Of a stretch of 64,000 bases of DNA, positions 55,010 to 64,000 are shown one piece after another; positions within the stretch are counted from its first letter, which is position 1, and every line of letters begins with the position of its first letter. The position numbers and the translations under genes were made by a program. This DNA comes from Octopus vulgaris. Taxonomy: Eukaryota. The stretch is from positions 4,216,001 to 4,280,000 of the forward strand of contig OX597827.1 in NCBI GenBank assembly GCA_951406725.2. Reading direction: 5' to 3'. The notes beneath the pieces were generated by a model, which was given only the letters and a program-made list of their open reading frames with translations, ran no database searches and was not told where the DNA came from.

Positions 55010-55620
55010 TGTGGTGGTGGTGGTGGTGGTGGTGGTGGTGGTGGTGGTGGTGGTGGTGGTGGTGGTGGTTGTGGTGAGTGATAGTGGTGGTGGTGGTGGT
55101 GGTGGCTGTGGTTGTGGTGGTGAGTGGTGGTGGTGGTGGTGGTGGTTGTGGTTGTGGTGGTGGGTGGTGGTGGTGGTGGTGGTGGTAGTGGTGGTGGTGT
55201 TGTTGTTGTTGTTGTTGTTGTTGGTGGTGGTGGTGAGTGATAGTGGCGGTGGTTGTGGTTAGAGTGGTGGTAGTGAAGATGGTGCTGATGGTGGTGGTGG
55301 TGGTGGGGGGGGGGGGCTTGGTTGTCAGTGATGGTGGTAGTGGTGATGGCAATAGAGGTGTAGTCAGTGATGGCAGTGGTTGGTGATGCTGGTGGTGGTG
55401 GTGTTAGTGGCAGTGGTGATAGTGGCGGTGGTAGTAGTGTTAGTGCTGTTGGTGAGGAGGTGATTGTGGTGGTAATGTTGCTGATGATGGTAGAAGTGTT
55501 TGGCAGAGTCTGCAAGAGTGATGCTGGCAATAGCAATGGTGGTGGTATTGGTTGTGTTAGAAGTGGTGGTGGTGGTGGTGCTGCTGCTGCTGCTACTGCT
55601 GCTGCTGCTGGTGATTGTGG
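55010..55620. repeat. (GGT)n/(GTT)n/(GCT)n compound low-complexity tract
   Basis: Direct reading. Confidence 0.92.
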
Positions 55621-55631
55621 TTGTGATTTTG

Positions 55632-56053
55632 GTAGGCTGTGTGGTAAGTAGCTTGCTTACCAGCCACATGGTTCCGGATTCAGTCCCACTGCGTGGCACC
55701 TTGGGCAAGTGTCTTCTACTATAGCTTCGTGCCGACCAAAGACTTGTGAATAGATTTGGTAGACGGAAACTGAAAGAAGCCCTTCGTATATATGTATATA
55801 TATATCTATATATATATGTGTGTGTGTGTGTATGTGTATATGTTTGTGTGTCTGTGTTTGTCCCCCCAACATCGCTTGACAACCGATGCTGGTGTGCTTG
55901 CGTCCCCACAACTTAGCAGTTTGGCAAAAGAGACTGATAGAATAAGTACTAGACTTACAAAGAATAAGTCCTGGGGTCGATTTGCTCGACTAAAGGCAGT
56001 GCTCCAGCATGGCCACAGTCGAATGACTGACGCAAGTAAAAGAGATAAAAGAG
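55632..56053 (+). mobile_element. Octopus-type tRNA-derived SINE
   Basis: Same family as 59666-60081. Confidence 0.87.
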
Positions 56054-56542
56054 AAATGCTTATGGTTGTACATGAAGTTGTTTTTGTTGTCGTTGTTGTT
56101 GTGTCGCAGTGTCTCCCTTTCTTCCACCGACATCTCCAGTCAACCCAGCATGAGTAGATGCAAGGCATTTAAAGCTTTTGTTACCATATTTCTGCTGGTT
56201 AATTGCTGCCTTTATTTCAATTAATCTTGAAAATAAGGAATTTGTTAAAATAACTTTTTCTATAAATAAGCTGGTTTTTGGAACGTAAATTAAGAGGAAA
56301 ATGTGATGGAAAGGTTTAAATTTAGATCCCTTTTCAAAATGAAGTTTGTATCTTAATACCAAGGACAGTCTCAGATAGGTTGAAGCTGGATAAACATCTG
56401 GGGACAATTCATTATGGCAATTTCTATGTTTGCAGTGGTTATTCTTCATCATCATCATCATCATCATCATCACATATACGCATATGTACACACACACATG
56501 TGTGTGTATATGTATACATTTGAAGATATATATATATATATA

Positions 56543-56919
56543 CACTACCGTCAGAAATTAATTAGCACCCTTGATTTGCTCTTCACTCAAGGTATGTGCT
56601 GTCACCTAGTGGCCATATCTCGAACTATTGCTTTGTTGTGAGTTCACTGTTGCGCAGAACGATGACGTAACTTTGTTTGCAGAGCAGTTTGAGAGTCTAC
56701 AGCCTTATGATGTTGACATAGCAGTGCAACAACTTGGAGTGCGGATGCAGACAAATCTTCCTTTGTTTAATAGATATAGGTAGCGCCTCGCAAGGACCGA
56801 AATCACACCATACTAAGTTTTCTCATCGCGTAAGACGTTTTGAACAGCTCATAGGTTAATTGATTTAACCTATTTAATGTAGAAATTTGAGAAGTGCTAA
56901 TTAATTTCTGACGCAAGTG
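56543..56919. mobile_element. Tc1/mariner-type MITE, 377 bp, in (TA)n
   Basis: 26-bp TIRs CACTACCGTCAGAAATTAATTAGCAC / GTGCTAATTAATTTCTGACGCAAGTG (2 mismatches), flanked by TA. Confidence 0.85.
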
Positions 56920-57009
56920 TATATATATATATATATACCGGAGTAAACACATAAATGTGAAACAAGGTGGAAAAAAAGAGTACTCAAATACCAGGGGTAG
57001 AGTAATATG

Positions 57010-57262
57010 CTTTATTTAAAAGCAGCAGAAATTCAACAAAACCTGTTACTCTGAGTTTCCCGTTGCCGTTCATTGGACAGTTTTTAAAACCTGTTACTCT
57101 GAGTTTCCCGTTGCCGTTCATCAGACAGTTTTTGTTAACAAAAACTGTCTGATGAACGGGAACGTGAAACTCAGAGTAACAGGTTTTAAAAACTGTCCAA
57201 TGAATGGGAACGTGAAACTCAGAGTAACAGGTTTTGTTGAATCTCTGCTGCTTTTAAATAAA

Positions 57263-57263
<1 letters not shown>
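57010..57263. repeat. 254-bp near-perfect palindrome; each arm contains a 48-bp tandem duplication
   Basis: Centre GTT|AAC at 57136/57137; the arms match out to CTTTATTTAAAAGCAGCAG / CTGCTGCTTTTAAATAAAG. Confidence 0.95.
57141..57187 (+). ncRNA. Minimal type-I hammerhead ribozyme motif (first of a tandem pair; mirror copies on the minus strand)
   Basis: Stem I CTGT(57145-48)/ACAG(57179-82); core CTGATGA(57149-55); stem II ACG-GGAA-CGT; GAAA(57166-69); palindromic stem III ACTC-A-GAGT; GTA cleavage triplet ending at 57178. Confidence 0.72.
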
Positions 57264-57295
<32 letters not shown>

Positions 57296-57298
<3 letters not shown>

Positions 57299-58065
57299 TC
57301 ATCATCATTGTTTAACATCCACTTTCCATGCTGGCATACGTTGGACAGTTTGACTGGCAAGCTAGGAGGAGGCTGCATCAGGCTCCAATCTGATCTGGCA
57401 GAGTTTCTACAGCTGGATGCCCTTCCTAACACCAACCACTCTGAGAGTGTAGTGGGTGCTTTTTACGTGCCACCAGCATGGGAGCCAGTCAGGCAGCACT
57501 GGCATTGGCCATGACTATGATTTCACTTGACTCAAGAGGTCTTCTCAAGCACAGCATATTGCCCGATGATTGAAGGGTACTTTTAAACAGGCCAGTTATG
57601 CGATACTGGCATCAGCCACAGCTACGATCTCCCTTGGCTTGCAGGGTCTTCACAAGCACAGCATATCTCCAAAAGTCTCGGTCACTTGTCATTGCCTCTG
57701 TGAGGCCCAACATCCAAAGGTTGAGCTTCACCACCTCATCCCATGTCTTCCACAGGTTCCCTCCACTATTAGGGTGTGACACGTCTTCATACAGCTGTCC
57801 TCATCCATATGCAACACATGACCATACCAGCACAGTTGTCTCTCTTGCCACCACATCTGATGCTTCTTTTGTCCAACTTTTCTCTTGGGGCTCCTACACT
57901 CTCTCATATATGCACACTGACATTGCACATCCAGCAGAGCATGCTGGCTTCATTTCTTTCAAGCCAAGCCTACGCACGTCCTTAGCAGTCACAGTCCATG
58001 TTTCACTGCCTTGTAGCATGGCTGTTCACACACATTCATCATACAGTCTACTTTTCACTCTGAGC
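57296..58065 (-). mobile_element. RTE LINE 3' end including ORF C-terminus
   Basis: ORF 57728-57928 reads QERQLCWYGHVLHMDEDSC...IVEGTCGR (RL.W.GHV.RM...EG...GR motif), contiguous with the common (CAT)n-tailed repeat. Confidence 0.82.
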
Positions 58066-58894
58066 AAGAATACACACACACACACACATACGCAGACATG
58101 TCCATATGGACATGCATACATATACACACTCATACACAGACCTCAAATATATCCACATGCACAAATACTACATTCACACACACATGCACACACACACACA
58201 CACACACACGCACACACCAACATATATCTGCCCATCGTAGACTCATGCACTCTGATGTACAGAGAAATTTATCCTCTCTCTCTCACACACACACACACGG
58301 ATACCGAATCTGTGGTGGTGGTGGTGGTGGTGGTGATGATGATGATGATGGTGGTAGTGGCGGTGGTAGTGGCGGTGGTGGTGATGTGGAAGTGGTTGAG
58401 GAGTAGCGCATGGAGGAAGCTCGTAAAAAAGCAAGAATTAGAATTGTTTTAAAACAGAGAAGGGTGTCTATGATGTCTTGGTGGTGATGGAAGCTGTGGT
58501 GGTGGTGGTGGCTGCGATGGTGGTAGTGTTAAAAGATGACTACAGAAAAGGAGTTTTTTTAATATGGGGAATGGTATTTTTGACAGTTAATTTAATGATT
58601 ATATAAAGAGAGAAAGAGAGAGAGAGAGAGACTTATACGTCTTGAGTGGCAAGTTTATCAGAATCAGTTTATCCAGACATAATTGACCTGCCCTACCCCA
58701 TTCCCATTATCAGAGAGAGAGAAAGAGAGAGAGAGAGAGAGTAAATAAACATAATAACAACAATAGAAGAGAAGGAAAAAAAATAGACATAAACTAAAGA
58801 AAATAGATTATTTTGCTGTTCAGTCATGTTTGAAATTTCATACTTTGAATAGTTTTCTTATAAGCATTTAAACCGTACATCCATGTATATATGT

Positions 58895-58992
<98 letters not shown>

Positions 58993-59059
58993 GTATATAT
59001 GTATATGTATATGTGTATATGTATATGTATATATATGTATATATGTATATATATATGTG

Positions 59060-59118
<59 letters not shown>

Positions 59119-59145
59119 ATATATGTATGTATGTATATATATGTT

Positions 59146-59183
<38 letters not shown>

Positions 59184-59665
59184 CATCTACTCTCTATCTC
59201 TCTCCATCTCTCCCATGCACGCATACACATACGCGTACATACACACATACTAACCTAATATATATACAAAATATATATATATATGGCTAATAAAATAAAC
59301 CTTCAAGTCAATAGCTATTAGGACAATGTACAGCAACTGTCAGGGAGTTTATTAACTTCAAGGTTATGAGTTCAAACCATCCTATTACAATCTGCCTTGT
59401 CGATTAACCTATTCTGTTCTAAGATTGGAGGGTGGGGTGGGGGAGAAAAAGCATTAGACTATTGTAAAGTTACTATTATTACTGTTATACTTTTAATGAG
59501 TTCCACTTTGTTTGCCATTCTTTTGAAGTTGGTAGAATTTACATGTTGCCTCATTCCCTACTGAAGTTGGTTTCCATGGCTTTCCAGCTGGATCAGTGAA
59601 CTATTTTCAGCAGAAAATTGGTTTGGAACCCAAACAGCTAAAGGAAGCCGACTAGAAGATAGACA

Positions 59666-60081
59666 TGGCGCAGGAGTGGCTGTGTGGTAAGTAGCTTGCT
59701 AACCAACCACATGGTTCCGGGTACAGTCCCACTGCGTAGCATCTTGGGCAAGTGTCTTCTGCTATAGCCCCGGGCTGACCAATGCCTTGTGAGTGGATTT
59801 GGTAGACAGAAACTGAAAGAAGCCTGTCGTATATATATATATATATGTGTCTGTGTATATGTTTGTGTGTCTGTGTTTGTCACCCTAGCATTGCTTGACA
59901 ACCGATGCTGGTGTGTTTACGTCCCCGTCACTTAGCGGTTCGGCAAAAGAGACCGATAGAATAAGTACTGGGCTTACAAAGAATAAGTCTCGGGGTCGAT
60001 TTGCTCGACTAAAAGGCGGTGCTCCAGCAATGCCGCGGTCAAATGACTGAAATAAGTAAAAGAGTAAAAGAGTAAAAGAGT
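59666..60081 (+). mobile_element. Full-length octopus-type tRNA-derived SINE (~415 bp)
   Basis: Pol III A-box TGGCTGTGTGG and B-box-like GGTACAGTCCC, internal (TA)/(TG) tract and (GTAAAAGA)n tail. At least 4 full and many partial copies occur in the window. Confidence 0.88.
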
Positions 60082-60718
60082 ATGGAAGCTGAAACCAGCT
60101 CAAGGTTGTTGTGGTTGTGGTTGACAAGACATTACAGGTGGAATCCTTCTACGGGCAAAGACCAATTCCATCCTTACTGTCTCATTCAGGTGAAATATAC
60201 TGGCTTAGGGCTGAAATACTTGTGATCCTGAGACACCTGTTGATGATACAAAAGAGTTAACAGCATTGTGGTGGATTCAGGAGTGTGTAGAATACCTCTG
60301 AGTAATTCCTGCAGTTTCCATGTGGGTTAAAGCATCTTGATATTTATTTCAACAATACCAGTCATACACTGAGGGATGGTTTAACTAACTAGCTTTTAAA
60401 CTGGCCATATCAGGCCCAAATATTCTATATGTTTTATGTTCGAACTGAACTGAGCAGATCCAGCTCTCAGACATACCCTACAATGTCATTCTGAAAATGA
60501 ACAACCATATCATTTCTGACAAATGCCTAGAGAGTTTGTAGTGAATAATTTGATAGATAGAAACTGTGTGAAAGCCCATCATATATATATATGACTACAC
60601 TCGCGAGTGGTTGGCGCTAGGAAGGCATCCAGCTGTAGAAACACTGCCAGATCAGACTGGATCCCAGACCCCGGCGAACCGTCAACCATGCAGTGCGGAA
60701 ACGGACATTAAACGATGA

Positions 60719-60772
<54 letters not shown>

Positions 60773-60791
60773 TTATATATATACCTATATA

Positions 60792-60840
<49 letters not shown>

Positions 60841-61100
60841 ATGTGTATATATGTATATATATATTTATATTTAAACACACACATCTATGTGCATATACAT
60901 GTGTATGTTGTTGGGTCTTTGTTTGTGTTTGTCCCCCACTCCCTCACTGCTTAACATCCCTATGATATAGCAGATTGACAAGACTGATAGAATAAGTTCC
61001 AGTAAAAAATAATTGCTGGGGTTGATTTGTTTAACCTAAACCCTTTAAAGAGCTGCTCTAGCTTGGCTACGGGGCAATCACTGAAACAAATAAAGGATCA

Positions 61101-61136
<36 letters not shown>

Positions 61137-61137
61137 C

Positions 61138-61804
61138 ATTAGTGTACATTTAAACACATAAGAGGTGCCTTGACAGGAAACCTAGCATACTAGAAGGACC
61201 AGTCAGAATCCAAACCACGGTTAGGGGTAATTTTGAAGGGAGTGAAAAGTAAAAACATTTACCATATTTTGTTACCAAACCATCGTTTTGAACTTTAATT
61301 AGCAAATGAAATAATTTGCCAGGCGAAGTTCTCATCAGTGGGTACACCAAAGATTAACATATAATTACGAGGCAGAAGAGTACATGTCTCATCTTTATAT
61401 ATTACAATTTTTCAAATCCACTGTGCAAGTGCAGTTTTGTCAGCAGCAAATAAAAATGTTGATTTACTTCAAAATTACTAAAATCATATTAGAAAAAATA
61501 TACAGGGCAGGAAAAATTATAGAAAATTTTTCTACTATTGGCCTAGCAAGAAGAAAATAGTCAACTTTATATGAATAATATATAGTCTATATGGTAAATA
61601 TTTTAAAATTTTCATTCCCTTCGAAATTACTCCTAACCATGGTTTGGATTTTGACTGATCCTTCTAGTATGCTAGGTGTCCTGACAAGGCACCTCTTATG
61701 TGTTTAAATGTACACTAATTTTATATGAATAATATATAGTCTATTGACTAGGCCACTAGTAGAAAAAAAATTTCTATAATTTTCCCTACCCTGTATATTT
61801 TTCT
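61138..61804. repeat. Interlocked inverted and direct repeats (A..B C A' C B')
   Basis: A 61138-61267 vs A' 61589-61719 (inverted); B 61490-61545 vs B' 61748-61804 (inverted); C, a 25-bp direct repeat, at 61566-61590 and 61720-61744. Confidence 0.85.
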
Positions 61805-62869
61805 TATATATACACACACACACACACGTGTGTGTATGTATGTATTTGTATATACATCTCTCTCTATATGTATGTGTGTATACATTACATATATATAGAG
61901 AGAGAAACAGGGGGAGAGGGAGAGAGAGTTAGTGTAAATATGTATATACATTTATGTATGCTCACATGTGTGTGTATAGTTGACTGATCAATACTTTTTT
62001 TTTTTTACATGTGAACATGATTTACATGAATTAATAGTTGACAGGGGTGGAGCAAGGTCTTAGCTGAATGGCTCCCAGCCTGTAATAAACATTATTTCTC
62101 AAACTGACTGGTTCCATACAGAGCAGCTGACAGAGAAGAACCCCTGTAGCTTATCTTTTTGTTTCATAAAACATGGAACAACTTAATGGAAGGATAATAG
62201 ACCTCACAATGTAACTCATGATAGATTAGAAGGAAGTGCTAATCAGGGGCTTGAATCCAGTATTCATATATAAATAATTAACTTTATTAAAGTAAAATAT
62301 ATTTATCAGCAAATTTTATCATTGTTTTGTATGTGTTGTTTTTTGTTTTTGCGTATCTCTGATAACAGAGGGAGAAACAAAAAATATTATTGCTGTGATC
62401 ATCATCATCATCATCATCATCGTTTAACACCATTTTTCATGCTGACATGTGTTGGAAGAGTTGAGAGGAGGTGGCCAGCCGAGGAACTGTCCACACTTCA
62501 ATTGTCTGCTTTGGCATTGTTACTATGGTTGGATGCCCTCTCTAACGCCATTCTTTGTTTTAAAGACGATAGGGTGCAATAATTTGGCTGCCATTTCCAG
62601 CAGAATGCAGAGGCTCTTTCACCGATTCAAACTTTCCTTTATTTTTTTTTACACATTTTTGTATGTTTTTTGATATTGTGCGTGCGTGCATGCTTGTATG
62701 CATGCATGCTTGCATGCGTGCATGTGTGTGTTTGTGTGTATTTGCTGCAGAATGGAACTGGCTTCAAATTCAGTCCCACTGTATGCACCTTCAGTGAGTG
62801 TGTTCTACTATAACCTGAAGTCGGCCAGCGCTTTGTGAATGAATTTGGTAATGTGTGAAGAATCCTGTC

Positions 62870-63040
62870 ATATTACGTTCTGAGTTCAAATTCTGCCGGA
62901 GTCGACTTTGCCTTTCATCCTTTCGGGGTCGATAAATAAAGTACCAGTTTCCCACTGGAGTCAATGTACTCGACTTAATTCCTTTGTCTGTCCTTGTTTG
63001 TCCCCTCTATGTTTAGCCCCTTGTGGGCAGTAAAGAAATA
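62870..63040 (+). mobile_element. tRNA-derived SINE, 3' two-thirds (family of 18173-18411)
   Basis: GAGTTCAAATTC...GTCGACTTTGCCTTTCATCCTTTCGGGGTCGATAAA...CCCCTTGTGGGCAGTAAAGAAAT. Confidence 0.82.
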
Positions 63041-63566
63041 CAAATGTGTGTGTTTATGTCTGTATGCATGAGTTGAAGTCCAGTGTAGGTAGTTTGCTCC
63101 TTTTCTGAACACTATGCCATGATTTTCCCCTCTGTTTAGACTGACATGTCATAATTAGCTGTGACCAATTTATTGCCTTGGTACATATTTACAGCACTTA
63201 ACTGTTTTCAGTTTTAAAAAAATGTCTATTACAATTTTGTGAACAGTTTAATAAACTTCAATAAATAGCTTATATATTTTTTGTGACATGCCCTATATGA
63301 TTAATAACTGATCTACACGAACATCAGATCACCATATATAGTTGATTCCTACTTATTGCAACTGAGATTGGACATGTAATTATTTACTAATATATATATC
63401 TATCTATCTATCTATGTATATATATATAGATGAGTATCACCTTATAGCTTCATCACTGCTCTGTATTCAACTGACACTTTGTTCTGAAACTTATGTATAT
63501 AGAGTTCTACACCAGGTTATTAGTATTGCAATGCCTAAGCAAAATATTGAGCTATATATATGTATA

Positions 63567-63700
63567 AGAGCATCCAGCTGTAGAAACTCTGCCAGATCAA
63601 GATTGAAGCCTGGTGCAGCCATCTGGTTTGCTAGCCCTCAGTCAAATCATCCAACCCATGCTAGCATGGAAAGCGGATGTTAAACGATGATGATAATGAT
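63567..63700 (+). mobile_element. RTE LINE 3' fragment
   Basis: CATCCAGCTGTAGAAAC...CCCATGCTAGCATGGAAAGCGGATGTTAAACGATGATGAT. Confidence 0.78.
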
Positions 63701-63729
63701 ATATATATATATATATACATATGTATATA

Positions 63730-64000
63730 TATAGGAGCACTCCATCAGTTGCGACAATGAGGGTCTCAGCTGATACGATCAATGGAACAGCTTGCTCATG
63801 AAATTAACGTGCAAGTGGCTGAGCACTCCACAAACACGTGTACCCTTAACGTAGTTCTCAGGGAGATTCAGCGTGACACAGAGTGTGACGAGACTGGCCC
63901 TTTGAAATGCAGGTACAACTCATTTTTGCCAGCTGAGTAGACTGGAGCAACATGAAATTAAAGTGTCTTGCTCAAGGACACAACGCGTCACTTGGAATTG
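63730..64000 (-). mobile_element. SINE with GTGTCCTTGAGCAAGACACT conserved block, truncated by the window end
   Basis: AAGTGTCTTGCTCAAGGACACAAC at 63961-63984. Older copies lie near 8230-8290, 13670-13830 and 34905-35000. Confidence 0.65.

Overview
AT-rich, microsatellite-saturated animal genomic DNA, most likely a coleoid cephalopod (Octopus-like). That inference rests on the protocadherin style and the SINE/LINE families. I can support only one host gene: a minus-strand protocadherin (signal peptide, 6 cadherin repeats, transmembrane helix, short cytoplasmic tail). It has a large coding exon (23018-20639) and two small downstream exons (19678-19513, 19445-19432) that the ORF track misses. 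The large exon is broken by one extra G in EC5 (21546-21548), which is either an assembly error or a true frameshift; repaired, the protein is about 852 aa. The rest is simple repeats and transposon debris: tRNA-derived SINEs, RTE, CR1/L2-like and R4/Dong-like LINE fragments, mariner and DD37D relics, MITEs, a decayed Helitron helicase and two non-autonomous Helitrons. The most unusual non-coding signal is a 254-bp palindrome (57010-57263) carrying tandem minimal type-I hammerhead-ribozyme motifs on both strands, with degenerate relatives elsewhere in the window. Almost all other ORFs in the track are microsatellite translations. Repeat boundaries were read by eye and are approximate unless a TSD or TIR is quoted.
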